Of a stretch of 64,000 nt of DNA, positions 51,216 through 62,861 are shown in pieces (position 1 is the stretch's first letter; every line of letters begins with the position of its first letter). Source of the DNA: Nitrosopumilaceae archaeon (GTDB lineage Archaea; Thermoproteota; Nitrososphaeria; Nitrososphaerales; Nitrosopumilaceae); NCBI GenBank assembly GCA_965209085.1, contig OZ242376.1:1152001-1216000 (forward strand), read 5' to 3'. A program made the position numbers and the translations under genes. Under the pieces are notes generated by a model that was not told the DNA's origin, ran no database searches, and saw only the letters and a program-made list of their open reading frames with translations.

Positions 51216-52652
51216 TAGGTCATGTCACAACTATTGAAAATTCTATTGGAAATTCCATCAAAAATGACAGTAAATCTTCCAAAAACACACACCTGTCATC
51301 GATATCCGGACCCATTTGTTATCAAACCGTAATTTTACACAAAAATCTTCCAAAATTCACACATCTGCATACAGCGTCCGCTAGGCTTATTGCAGTTTGT
51401 GTCAGTGTACGGCACATATTAACAAATTGTACACTAGGATTTTCATGCCAATTTCTTGCTTTATGTTTTTCATGTCTTGATCGTACATGTTCTCCAAACC
51501 TTTCTTTGAATATTGCAAAAACAATTTCAGAGTGCCATCTTTTTCCATACTCTATATCTTTTTTCCATTTTTTCAGATTTTCCTTTCGTTTTTGTATTGA
51601 AACATCATTCATTGTACGCTTGCTTGCATCTCCTCCAAGCTGATCTTGCACCGCCGTATTGCGTTCATGACTGCCGCCTGACAGTGCTGAATTGATACGC
51701 ACCTTTAACAGACCAGACATGCAAAGTTTGTCACACACGTTGTAATTTTCTTTTGTACCGTATGCCCCATCGCCAAGAATTTTCATCATTGTGTTTTTGT
51801 ATTTGGCAGTCTCTTCAGTTGAATCCATCTCAGATATCATGTGCGCGAGCTGCCATCTGATCTTTTTGCGTGCCTTTCTTATCATCTGTGGAAACTGTGA
51901 TGCATCACTCTTGTTGCTTTTTGTTATCTTAAAATCGAGTATTTCAAGCGTTTCTACGTTTATGACAAGATGCAGTTTTAGAAACGGACTTGATATGCCC
52001 CATTTTTCTTTTATCCATGATCCAAGTTTTGATAGTTTCAGTCCGCTTGAATCAATAGAGATGAGCATCGTAGGCTGTCCGTTCATGCGCCTTGTCGGAT
52101 CAAGTGTTTTTAAAGACAGACCACACATGCGGGCCATCTTTTCCAATCCGTTATCAGAAATGTCCAATCTCTGTATGCGTTTGTATATCGTACTGCTAGA
52201 TGGAGATGCATCATCCATTACTTTTCTAACCATCCCTTCAATAGTGCAGCTTGAGTAACTTGTGCACGCTTGGATTACCGATAATACCCAAAAAAGCTTG
52301 TCCGGATACATGTAACGTCTGCCGTTCTTACATTTGTTCATGCATTTGAGTTCTTTTTTGTATTCTTTTGGGACTGCAAACTGGCTCAGATGGCCAAACA
52401 GCATGGATGCAGCACGGCTTTTCAGGTTTTTCTCGGCAATTCTTTTTTTATCCGCCTCTTTGGTTTCTGCATTCGATATTTTTATTACACAGTGCTTTCT
52501 ACTCATAGTGGATCATCTCCGTGGGTGTTTCTCATAATTCGTCCACTTTGTGGGATGATCTAAATCTATGGAATCAAAATTGTCGCCAACTTGGATATTT
52601 TAATATCGTTTTAGTCAAAATGTCAGAATTAGGCAGGTTGTGATATGACCTA
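51216..52652 (-). mobile_element. IS5-family (IS903-like) element with 8-bp target duplication AGTTGTTT; transposase 51322-52506 (3' end may be frameshifted)
   Basis: TIRs TAGGTCATGTCACAAC / GTTGTGATATGACCTA; IDSSGLK, FLKLHL, LGDGAY, YGKRWHSEIVF..FK.RFGE. Confidence 0.9.
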
Positions 52653-52659
52653 AGTTGTT

Positions 52660-52868
52660 TACTCGGGTAATTTTTAGATCTTTTTGCTGGGTTCGAATCT
52701 GCTGTTAAATTAGGTATTTTTTCTGTCAAGTATGGCAGGTACAAAAAACTGATATTTTACGCCCGTATGACGACTGAATATAATATTCTCCACATTCATA
52801 ATTAAACAAAAACATCCCTAAATTAACAACAAGTAAATCACAAAAAAGACCTAAGAATTACCAGAGTA
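52660..52868. mobile_element. ~210-bp MITE-like element
   Basis: TACTCGGGTAATTTTTTAGATCTTTTT vs the reverse complement of AAAAAGACCTAAGAATTACCAGAGTA; no ORF inside. Confidence 0.65.
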
Positions 52869-52869
52869 G

Positions 52870-53604
52870 ATTGCTCAGAGCAGACCCACGTATGGAACAC
52901 GAAGAATGAGCCACCATGTCCCGTATTACGGGCAAGCCTGTAAACTGCAAAAAAGTGAAGAAAATATACCATTATCTGGGCTGGAACGTGCCTGCAAAAC
53001 CCAAAAAAGAGATCATTCGCTCAAGAAAGCGCCCAAAACCTGCAGGACCGGATCAGCTCTGGCAAGCTGACATGACGTACATTTGGTGCGGTCAGGACAG
53101 ATGGTGTTATCTGTTTAACGTCCTTGATGCATTCACACGCGAATGGGTCAGATATGCGTTTGAGTCAAGAGCTATTACCGATGGTGCAATTGCAGCATTA
53201 ACTGAAGCTTTGGCATCCAAGAAACCGGATTGCTCAAAGCTTGTTTTAAGAACCGACAACGGCTCCCAGTATATTTTAGCGCAATTTGGCAAGGCTGTAA
53301 AAGCATACGGTGTGAGGCAGGAATTCATCCACTACCATACGCCAGAGCAAAATGCTCATGTGGAATCCTTCCACAAGAGTCTCAAGAAAGAGTATATCTG
53401 GCCGCGCGACTTTGAGACATTCCAGGATGCAGAGGCTACAATATCATACGCCTTTGAGGATTACAATCAGAACTGGGTACACTACAATATGATGTGTGAT
53501 GCCATTAGAATTTGGCACCGCACGGAGGGCAATGATAAAAATGAGCCATCTAATCCTATCATTTTTAATGCAAAAATCGTTCTCATTGTACAGGGGTCCG
53601 CACC
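52870..53604 (+). mobile_element. IS3-family element, 5'-truncated
   Basis: orfB homologous to 33845-34580, with the same right TIR. Confidence 0.88.
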
Positions 53605-54559
53605 AATAGCATGTGCATAATGCAAATACGCGATTGCGGCATACAAGAAACTACAGATCTCGTATTTCGAACATACCAGTTTGTGCATAAATGGCACGAT
53701 CGATACGAAAAATACGGACTCAAGGGCCTGGAGGAAGTATCCAGATGCGGACAACCGCCAAAAATTCCGCCAGATGCCATGATGCAAATAGAAGAAAAAG
53801 TTTACAAAAATCAAAACTACTACGCTTCCAAAACAGGTCCGCGATTACATTAAAACTGTAACAGGAATCGTATATCACATTACGCACGTATGCAGGCTGA
53901 TGCGTGAATGGAAGCTAAAATCAAGTGCCGCAAAAAATGCACACCAACGCCGCATCATATGATGAATGTCATGCATGGTATAGGCGCATAATGTGCATTA
54001 TTACGCACGAAATGGCACGTGGGACAAAGATCTTTGTCCATGATGAGACCATAGTGAGCAGTGATTGTAAACTGACCAAAAAATACTGGTGTAATGGAGA
54101 TGAGCGCCCCATCTACATGGAAAGGAGATCACAGAAAATTCATAGCATACAGAATGGTTTCAGTTTCAGGAGAGCGGTTCTTTAGATCGTATGACAAGCT
54201 TGATGGTCTGACGTTTTTAAGATACATCAAAGATGTAATAGCAAAATACGATAGAATACTGATAATCGCAGGCAGAGCCGCCAGCATAGAACGATAAAGC
54301 TTGAAGAATACATCAAAGAGAACAGAAATAAGATCAGAATAGAATATCTCCCAAAAGCGTCGCCTCAACACAACATCATGGAGACGATCTGACTTGTCGC
54401 CAAGCATAATGTAGATCATTCAGAATATTATCCTCAACCTGAGGGGAAGAGAATTGGATTTATGGAATATCTGCGGACAAAAAAACTGTCAAATAATGTC
54501 GTTGATTATTTTAAACTAAAGATAGTGAATTTTTAAACGAATTTATGATCTCGGATATA
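53605..54559 (+). mobile_element. IS630-family degenerate copy of 55986-57098, 5'-truncated
   Basis: Alignable DNA, multiple frameshifts, same right end TTTTAAACGAATTTATGATCT. Confidence 0.85.
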
Positions 54560-54582
54560 GAAGTTAATCTGGAGATGAATGA

Positions 54583-54747
54583 GTGTTAGGAACATTAATT
54601 GTGATTATTATATTTTATATTCCATTAATGGTAGTTGTTATTGCATTTATTTTTAGTTGGATAATTGGATTAGTTTTATTGATTCTATGGATTGTAGTAA
54701 TGATGGCGTTAGGTGGCATAATATGGGCAATACAAGAAAGTAAATAA
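54583..54747 (+). CDS. Small membrane protein or fragment (54 aa, about 2 TM segments)
   Basis: GTG-started, almost entirely hydrophobic ORF (LGTLIVIIIFYIPLMVVVIAFIFSWIIGLVLLILWIVVMMALGGIIWAIQESK); below the ORF-track cutoff. Confidence 0.4.
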   Translation: MLGTLIVIIIFYIPLMVVVIAFIFSWIIGLVLLILWIVVMMALGGIIWAIQESK

Positions 54748-54995
54748 TATTCTGATCGATATTCGCGAATAGATCCCCCCCAAACTGTTACAGGTGGGAT
54801 GAATGAAAAATGCAAAAAACAAGATTAAGTCAGAGCTAGCAAAACGATGGCTTGGCATAAAGGCACTGCAATCAACAGTCTCCGATATTGGTTCTAGTGT
54901 ATATACGGGAGTTTTTTGAAATCGTGTTATATGTCGCATGTCGGGTTAATAATAAGTTTAAATACTTAGCTATGTAATTTGTACATAGTATTGTC

Positions 54996-55247
54996 ATGAC
55001 TGAAGAAACTAACATGATAGAAGGTTTAGCAAATGGAGCTTATACAGTGGCAATATATTTTGGTAGTGTTAATCTGAATCAAAAATGTGAAATGTTTTCA
55101 AAGATATTTGATAAAAATATAGAAATGTCGAATACATTCTTTAAAGATCATGATGAAATACTGTTTTCAAAAGATAATGTTCAAGAGATAAAATCGAAAT
55201 ATATAAAAATGATCGATGATTATAAACCAAATTCCGCCAATCAATAA
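54996..55247 (+). CDS. Small hypothetical protein
   Basis: 83-aa ATG ORF with TTTAAATA about 35 bp upstream. Confidence 0.5.
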   Translation: MTEETNMIEGLANGAYTVAIYFGSVNLNQKCEMFSKIFDKNIEMSNTFFKDHDEILFSKDNVQEIKSKYIKMIDDYKPNSANQ

Positions 55248-55254
55248 TACATTA

Positions 55255-55920
55255 GTTAATCACATGCGCGATTTTTCAAGCAGATAATCCACCAAAATAT
55301 TGAATCTGTTCTTGTTCCTGTTGTTATATCATCATTCCATTTCTTTGATGTATAGTGGAAACTTGTCAGATTTCATTCCATGATGTTTTGCCAAATTTTG
55401 TTTTGCATAGCTCCAAAAACTTTCCAAACCGTTTATGTGGACTCTTCCCTGGGCAAAGATTTTACTGTGATCGACAGTCAGATGTGTATATCCAGAGAAC
55501 ATCAGCGCATCATATCCTTTCCACTTGTCAGTATACCTGATGCTTCCTCGTTTCACTTTTTTCAGAGTGTTTTTTAGCAACGTTTTGGCCTTGACATTTT
55601 TTACAATTTTAACTCGGACCGTTCTTTTTCTTTCAAGTATGCCAAAAACTATGGTCTTGTTTTTTGCTACACGACCGTGATTTCCCTTACGTTTTCAACC
55701 AAAATATGCCTCATCCAGCTCAAACTTGCCCTTGATGGTTTTCTCCGTTTTCATAGTTGTGCAGTATTGCATAGCACATGCAATCAAATGTGGCCAATGC
55801 GGTTGGATAACTAATCCCAATTTCGATTGAAGCCCGTCTAGCACTTGTTCCGATCTCAAAAGTTTTATCATAGCAATCCACTTTGCCACATCTATTCGTA
55901 TTTCATAAATCCTTGGACCA
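55255..55920 (-). mobile_element. IS1595-family transposase remnant
   Basis: ELDEAYFG, YTDKWKGY, VDHS, HINGLESFWS; broken frame. Confidence 0.85.
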
Positions 55921-57163
55921 TATACCGCAGATCATTAATTCGTTTAAATTCTGAATGACGTTCATAAATGATTCATGTTTTTACATATACCCGCAAGCAT
56001 AAATTCGTTTAAAAATCCACCATTACACAGTAGCAACGTTTTTTGATCACGACATCGGAACCAATTCATGCAAGTTAGCAATGAGGATCTCCTCCAGGCT
56101 TATAATGACTGCAAAGATTCTCGCGTAGAAACAAGACTGCATGCGATGTGTCTGGTGCAAATACGCGGCTACGACATACAAGAAACCGCGGATCTCGTAT
56201 TCCGAACGTACCAGTTTGTACACAAATGGCACGTTCGATACGAAAAATACGGACTCATAGGCCTGGAGGAAGGGTCCTGATGCGGACGACCGCCAAAGAT
56301 TTCACCAAACATCATGATGCAGATAGAAAAAAAGTTTACAAAAATCGGAACCATTACGCTTCCAAAGCAGGTCCGTGATTACATTAAAAATATGACAGGA
56401 ATAACATATCATATTACGCACATATGCAGACTGATGCGGGAATGGAAACTAAAATCAAAGGTACCGCAAAAAGTACACGCTAATGCTGCATCATACGATG
56501 AGTGTTATGCATGGTATAGGCGTATAATGTGCATTATTGCCCACGAAATGGCAAGAGGGACAAAGATCTTTGTCCAGGATGAGACCATAGTGAGCAGTGA
56601 TGGTAAACTGACTAAAAAATACTGGTGCAATGAGAATGAACGCCCCATCTATACATGGAAGGGGGATCGCAGAAAATTCATAACATACGGAATGATTTCA
56701 GTTTCAGGGGAGAAATTTTTTAGATCATACGACAAGTTTGATGGTCTGACGTTTTTAAGATACATAAAAGATGCAGCAGCAAAATACGGCAGAATACTGG
56801 TAATCGTAGACAGAGCCCGGCAACATAAAACGATAAAGCTTGAAGAATACATCAAAGAGAACAAGGATAAGATTCGGATAGAATACCTCCCAAGAGCATC
56901 ACCACAACACAACATCATGGAGACGATCTGGCTTGTCGCCAAGCAGGATATGGATCATTCAGAATATTATCCCCAACTTGAAGAGAAGAGGGTTAGGTTT
57001 ATGGAATATCTGCGTACGAGAAAACTGCCGGGTAATGTCATGGATTATTTTAAACCAGAGTTGGTGAATTTTTAAACGAATTTATGATCTGGGGTATAGA
57101 TAACTTTGTCATATTATGATAATAATGATGGTTTTTTTAAACGAATTAATGCTTTGGGGTATA
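55921..57163. mobile_element. IS630-type MITE (~130 bp) interrupted by a full IS630 with related TIRs
   Basis: Outer ends TATACCGCAGATCATTAATTCGTTTAAA / TTTAAACGAATTAATGCTTTGGGGTATA. Confidence 0.7.
55986..57098 (+). mobile_element. IS630-family element; transposase 56068-57075 with one in-frame TGA (56278-56280)
   Basis: TIRs TATACCCGCAAGCATAAATTCGTTTAAAA / TTTTAAACGAATTTATGATCTGGGGTATA; QDE, VDRARQH, LPRASPQHNIME. Confidence 0.9.
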
Positions 57164-57409
57164 CATTGGAATTTTCTTTTTGCAGTAAATGAATAGTTTA
57201 TAGATATTAATCACAACACATGCTTATAAATTTTAGTTCATATGATTTTTAATTATATAATTAGAGATCATGGCATGCAAAATTAATTTTACATAATCAA
57301 AAATTCTATGATATATGCAACACATATGTTACGGTATTTTCAGTGTTAGTCAATACCACATGTAATAATTATCAAAAGCTATATTTTGTGTCGAATGATC
57401 TAATTTAAT

Positions 57410-58393
57410 ATGCCAATAAATAATGAAAAAGAGCAAATAAAAAAGCCTCATGTTGTTATATTAGGTGCAGGGGCTAGTAAAGCAGCTTGTGAATTTGGAG
57501 ATATTAACAATAAAAAATTACCGTTAATGAACGATTTAATTGTCACTATTGGTCTTGATTCTGATTTTAAAAAATGGAAAATTGATCCAAATCAAAATTT
57601 TGAATTGATTTATGGTCAACTATATAAAAAAAGAGATTATGAAAAAATCGAAAAAATTGAAAGTAAAATTTATGAATATTTTTCAAATTTAAAACTGCCA
57701 GATAAACCTACAATTTATGACCACTTAGTATTATCATTAACCGATGCAGATATTATTGCAACATTCAATTGGGATCCATTATTAACTCAAGCATATATAA
57801 GAAATAGTAACACAGGCTTAAAATTACCTCAAATTTATTCCTTACATGGAAATGTTTGTTTAGGTTATTGTGAAGATCATATAAGAAAAGGACCTCCTGA
57901 AGATTATTGTCCAGAATGTAGAAAAAAATTTAAACCAACTCCAATACTTTTTCCAATAAAAGAAAAAAATTATTCGGAAAATTCCTTAATACGTAATGAA
58001 TGGACAGGAATAAAACATGGATTAAAACATGGATTCATGATAACAATTTTTGGGTATAGTGCACCAATAAATGATAAAAACGCAATATCAATCATGAAAG
58101 ATGCGTGGGGGAAAACTTCTGATCGAATTATGGAACAAACAGAATTTATTACAATAGAAAGTTCAGATCATGTGTATAACCACTGGGGAAAATTCATACA
58201 TGGTTCACATTTTGAAGTACATGATAATTTTTATGAATCAATTATAGCAAAACACCCACGTCGTACCGGTGAAGCATACCATGAGAGATTTTTAATGGCG
58301 AATTTTTTAGAACCTAATCCAATTCCTAAGGATTATGATTTTGATAAACTTTGGGAGTGGCTAAAATATTCCAACGATGTAAAAATGTACTAA
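57410..58393 (+). CDS. SIR2-like domain protein
   Basis: VVILGAGAS...PLM, TFNWDPLL, LHGNV, CEDH..CPEC, IFGYS.P..D. Confidence 0.82.
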   Translation: MPINNEKEQIKKPHVVILGAGASKAACEFGDINNKKLPLMNDLIVTIGLDSDFKKWKIDPNQNFELIYGQLYKKRDYEKIEKIESKIYEYFSNLKLPDKPTIYDHLVLSLTDADIIATFNWDPLLTQAYIRNSNTGLKLPQIYSLHGNVCLGYCEDHIRKGPPEDYCPECRKKFKPTPILFPIKEKNYSENSLIRNEWTGIKHGLKHGFMITIFGYSAPINDKNAISIMKDAWGKTSDRIMEQTEFITIESSDHVYNHWGKFIHGSHFEVHDNFYESIIAKHPRRTGEAYHERFLMANFLEPNPIPKDYDFDKLWEWLKYSNDVKMY

Positions 58394-58496
58394 ATATTAT
58401 AAAAATTCATGTTTAATATAAACATGTTATTTTTTAAATATAAAATTGAGTTATAGATATGTAAACACAAATAATATACCACGATTAAATTAACGT

Positions 58497-60221
58497 ATGG
58501 AAAATGAAATATTTGAATCATTATGGTCTAAATATGATACAGATCGGCATGAGGATTTTATCAATATAGACTCCATGGCGTTGTTAAAAAAACTTGAGAA
58601 ATACGCCAAAACTGATGAACAGAAAAAAAATATTATGTTAGAACAACAAATAGTATCAATTATGCAGGATGTTTATATGATGTATATAAGATTAGAACTT
58701 AATAAAAGCGAGGATGGAATTATTGGGCAAAAAATAAGTAAATTTGTTAAAGAGTGTAAGTCATCATCACATTACTTTGAGCATCGTAAAAAATCAACAA
58801 CAAATTTTTGGCTACAATGTACATATCATATTGGATGTTATTTAATATCTCATTCGCATGAGAATATAATCCACATAATGAAAGTAATGTTTATAGAATG
58901 TGAAAAATTCATATCAAATGGAAATTATAATCAATGTCAACATATGTTAATTTTTTTGTATAACATTAATAAAAAATATAATTTAGATCAAACTAAAAAA
59001 ATTATTTCTAGTATAATTTCTTTTGCACATATTGGCTGTGAACGTATTGTATTTTTATTAAATTTATGCAAGTTAGCATCAAAAATTAAAGAGATTAATT
59101 ATGAAGAATTGTTACAAGTGATAAAATTACTTATTAAACAATCAGATAATGAAAAAGATCCTTATACGTATAAAGATGTAGTTTATACTGTAATATCAAT
59201 ATTAAAACCAAATACGCGAAATGAATCATTCATACAATCATTAAAAGAAAAATTTGCTAAACGCCTAGAAAGATTTGCAGACATTATTCCAGAACCTATG
59301 TTAGCAATAGAATTTTTAAGTCATGCAAATGAAATATACAATCAAATAAGATCTGGATCAAATAAAAATCATGTTGAAAATAGGATTTCAAATATCAATA
59401 TTAAAATATCTGAAAAAAACAAAAAATTACAGTTTAAAAAAATTGAACATAGATACAGCGTTAAAAAATTAGACATTCCTGGAGATACAGGTTTAGAACG
59501 TATAGAATCAATCATCATGTTTTTTAATGAAATAGTTCCTTCGACAAATAAAATTTATGAAATGACTGATAAAAATGCCAGAGCTTTTCCACTGCAAGCA
59601 ATGTTTCAAACTATACGTATGGGCGAAGATTACCCAATTTCTATTTCAACTACAGATGAAGGTATACGTGAATCAAAATTTATCGATAATTATTTGTCTC
59701 ATGTTCGACACTATGAAAATATATTATCAATTTCAATAAGAGAATTAGAAAAATCATGTTTGATCACGCCAAAAAATTATTATGATTATGTAGAAATATC
59801 TGCAATTTACGATCAAGCCAATAACCAAGATAATACGACATTAAAAATTATGCAAGCAGGGTTTAATCATCATTGTAACGGTAAATATATGGAATCAATG
59901 CATTTGTTAATGCCACAAATTGAAGATATCCTTAGAAGATTATTAATAAAATATGGAATGCCATCCACACGTATAGATAACAAATCCTATACATTGAATC
60001 ACACCCTGGGTAATTTAATTTCAAATTCTACATCAATATTCAGAAATGACATAATAAAATATATGTATATGAAATTATTAAAAGAGGGTATGAATCAAAG
60101 AAACAAATTGTGTCACGGCATGTCCACACCAGATTTATTCACGCATAGTACATCATTATCAATAATTTGTATAATATTATTTTTAGTGCATTCATATAAT
60201 TATACTCAAAATCATAAATAA
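58497..60221 (+). CDS. DUF4209-like protein with C-terminal HEPN-type RxxxxH motif
   Basis: MHLLMPQIE.ILR, TLG.L, GMNQRNKLCHG. Confidence 0.78.
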   Translation: MENEIFESLWSKYDTDRHEDFINIDSMALLKKLEKYAKTDEQKKNIMLEQQIVSIMQDVYMMYIRLELNKSEDGIIGQKISKFVKECKSSSHYFEHRKKSTTNFWLQCTYHIGCYLISHSHENIIHIMKVMFIECEKFISNGNYNQCQHMLIFLYNINKKYNLDQTKKIISSIISFAHIGCERIVFLLNLCKLASKIKEINYEELLQVIKLLIKQSDNEKDPYTYKDVVYTVISILKPNTRNESFIQSLKEKFAKRLERFADIIPEPMLAIEFLSHANEIYNQIRSGSNKNHVENRISNINIKISEKNKKLQFKKIEHRYSVKKLDIPGDTGLERIESIIMFFNEIVPSTNKIYEMTDKNARAFPLQAMFQTIRMGEDYPISISTTDEGIRESKFIDNYLSHVRHYENILSISIRELEKSCLITPKNYYDYVEISAIYDQANNQDNTTLKIMQAGFNHHCNGKYMESMHLLMPQIEDILRRLLIKYGMPSTRIDNKSYTLNHTLGNLISNSTSIFRNDIIKYMYMKLLKEGMNQRNKLCHGMSTPDLFTHSTSLSIICIILFLVHSYNYTQNHK

Positions 60222-60354
60222 ATATTATTAAACGAATTATATTAAAAAAAATACATTTAATTTATTAAATAATTCGTCAAAAATCCAATATGATAAATTT
60301 GTATCATATGTGATCCTCATATAGGTTTAAAAATCCCATAATCAATTTCACCGT

Positions 60355-60531
60355 ATGAAAGATAAAATTGGCGAAAGACCTGTCGAAATAACAGAATTAG
60401 GAGGAAACCTTGTTTTAAAGTTCTACCCGATGACGAAAAACGCAAAAAACCCAAACAAGGTACTATTCTGCCTCACCATGGATTCTGAAGCCCGCAACAA
60501 ATTGGAAAAAATCTGCAAAGGTAAAAAATAA
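60355..60531 (+). CDS. Small hypothetical protein (58 aa)
   Basis: MKDKIGERPVEITELGGNLVLKFYP...; TTTAAAAA about 29 bp upstream; below the ORF-track cutoff. Confidence 0.55.
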   Translation: MKDKIGERPVEITELGGNLVLKFYPMTKNAKNPNKVLFCLTMDSEARNKLEKICKGKK

Positions 60532-60544
60532 TCAAATCATACAT

Positions 60545-61543
60545 TTATTTTTTTACTTTGCGGATTCGTTCCGAGTGCCTGCCCGGTATCTCTACGACGT
60601 ACAGACCATCGCCTAGGTCCACAAACCAGTTTAACAACACATCAACATTCTCGGTCAGCTCACGCCTAGTTGGTACAGGCACATCCACACAATTATCTTG
60701 TATCCATGCCTTTATGGCTCCAAAATGCTCGCCATTTTCAATAAACCCATCAATTTCAACTATAAACGGATGTGCAAAAAATGCACCCTGTAATTTTTTC
60801 CTAAATTCTTCATCAGACATACCTTTTTTTAACGAGTAGTTTGCAATATCATGAAACGCACAATTTCGTTTTTCAGTATTATCAATTACCACGTTATTTT
60901 CCATATCATGATAACACTGCAGCAAGTTACCGACTGAACTGCTCATGGGAAGTGCGGATATAAGAAACGCCTGTTTCTTGTACAGATAGTCTGTAATCTC
61001 ATTTTCTTCTGCAAGCGGTGGCATTTTTTGCTGTTTATTTTTCCAAATTTTTGCCCAAGCGTATACGTCATCATCCACTAGTATTGAATTTTTTTGAATT
61101 GATGCAAGATACAATCTATCATTATCCGTCAGATCATATATCAGCGTAGCGCATTCTATGCTAGGCTTGTCCGTATCAACGCCAAGACCGCGACCGGAAA
61201 CATTGGCAGTAGAAAGTATGACATCATCAAAATCCACAGAGTATACCTTGAGATGTATGCTGTTATTCACGTACAATCGTGCATCAAGTTTTTCACATAT
61301 GCGATATGATTCAATATCCGAGGCGCCAGATGCAATATCCCTAGGCTTCCAGGATGTAATCACTACGATTTCAGCATCAATGCCATCCAAAAGCCGCTCA
61401 AGTACTGTAGATTGGATATACGGTGCGATCACGTATACTATCCCATACGTTCCAGACGCACTCATCAGATACTCCCGAATTTGTCCAAAAAGCGGGTTTT
61501 GTAAAAGACGGTTTTTAGACTGATCGGGCATATTATTAGCCAT
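60545..61543 (-). CDS. Single-HKD PLD-family nuclease-like protein
   Basis: IAPYI, IHLKVYSVD...STANVS.RGL; C-terminal IKAWIQDNC.DVPVP.R.EL. Confidence 0.8.
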   Translation of the reverse strand: MANNMPDQSKNRLLQNPLFGQIREYLMSASGTYGIVYVIAPYIQSTVLERLLDGIDAEIVVITSWKPRDIASGASDIESYRICEKLDARLYVNNSIHLKVYSVDFDDVILSTANVSGRGLGVDTDKPSIECATLIYDLTDNDRLYLASIQKNSILVDDDVYAWAKIWKNKQQKMPPLAEENEITDYLYKKQAFLISALPMSSSVGNLLQCYHDMENNVVIDNTEKRNCAFHDIANYSLKKGMSDEEFRKKLQGAFFAHPFIVEIDGFIENGEHFGAIKAWIQDNCVDVPVPTRRELTENVDVLLNWFVDLGDGLYVVEIPGRHSERIRKVKK

Positions 61544-61610
61544 GTGTGTCTATACTATATCTTACGTGTATAGCTGATCTATGGTTGATCGCTATGCTAT
61601 CTGAATATTT

Positions 61611-62861
61611 ATGAAAGGCATAAAAATGCTAAAAATGAGAAATATGGAAAAACCCATCTATTTGGATTACAACTCGACCTCTCCGGTGGACGATCGTATT
61701 CTAAAGAAAATGCTCCCCATATTCACAGAAACGTATGGAAATCCATCAAACCAAAACCATGCCCACGGAGAGCAGGCGCGCACCATAATATCGGGAGCTA
61801 GAGAGCAGGTGGCCAAACTCGTAAACATGTCTCCATCAGATGTCATATTCACATCTGGGGCAACTGAGGCGAATAATCTTGCCTTGCAGGGTATGGCATC
61901 TCCGTCAGATGTTCCGTTAATTCTAGTGGGTGCAACAGAGCACAAATCCATCTTAGAGGTGGCAGACGTATTGCATAATAACAAAACTGCCGTCGTGAAG
62001 AAAATCCCAGTTACTTCAGATGGGACAATAGATCCTCCCATATTGCATGAAATGTTAAAGGATGTAAAATGTAAGATCCTAGTATCCGTCATGGCTGTAA
62101 ACAGCGAGACAGGGGTTTTGCATCCCATAGGCGAGATTGCAGATATTGTACATAGTTATGGAGGATTGGTTCACTGTGATGCAACACAGATAGTATGCCA
62201 TATGAAATTTGACAGTGAATATTATGGATTGGATATGATATCGCTGAGCAGTCATAAAATATACGGACCAAAAGGTGCAGGAGCCCTAGTGGCAACAAGA
62301 GAGGCACGAAAGATGCTGCATCCGATATTGTATGGCGGAGGGCAAGAGGATAATCTTAGAAGTGGAACGTTAAACGTTCCAAGTATTGCAGGATTTGGCA
62401 TGGCATGTGAAATGGTATCCAATGAAATAGATTCAAGTGGCATATTAGAGGATGGTGTATTGGATCAGATAAAACTTCGAGACTATTTGGAAAAAAAATT
62501 GCTCTCACTATTACCGGATACGCGCGTAAATGGATCCACCTCTAGGCGTATTCCAAATACTACCAATATTCATTTTGCCGGCGCTGATGCAGATGCAGTA
62601 ATGTCAAATATGCCGAATCTTTCCGTATCATCTGGCAGTGCTTGTGCATCATCCACTATTGAACCATCCCACGTATTGACCGCCATGGGAATGACTTTTG
62701 AGGAAGCAAATCAGTCCATACGGTTTTCGCTGGGATGGGCAACTACAAAAGAAGAGATAGACCGGGCAATAGACATGATAGTATATGCGGTGGAATTTGT
62801 TCGAGATATGGAAGGATACATAGAGAAAGCAGAGATTGGAGGGATAAAACATGCGAATTGA
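61611..62861 (+). CDS. Cysteine desulfurase (IscS/DndA/SspA-like)
   Basis: IYLDYNST, FTSGATEANN, HCDATQ, SSHKIYGPKG.GAL, RSGT.N, SSGSAC; the true start may be a downstream ATG. Confidence 0.93.
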   Translation: MKGIKMLKMRNMEKPIYLDYNSTSPVDDRILKKMLPIFTETYGNPSNQNHAHGEQARTIISGAREQVAKLVNMSPSDVIFTSGATEANNLALQGMASPSDVPLILVGATEHKSILEVADVLHNNKTAVVKKIPVTSDGTIDPPILHEMLKDVKCKILVSVMAVNSETGVLHPIGEIADIVHSYGGLVHCDATQIVCHMKFDSEYYGLDMISLSSHKIYGPKGAGALVATREARKMLHPILYGGGQEDNLRSGTLNVPSIAGFGMACEMVSNEIDSSGILEDGVLDQIKLRDYLEKKLLSLLPDTRVNGSTSRRIPNTTNIHFAGADADAVMSNMPNLSVSSGSACASSTIEPSHVLTAMGMTFEEANQSIRFSLGWATTKEEIDRAIDMIVYAVEFVRDMEGYIEKAEIGGIKHAN

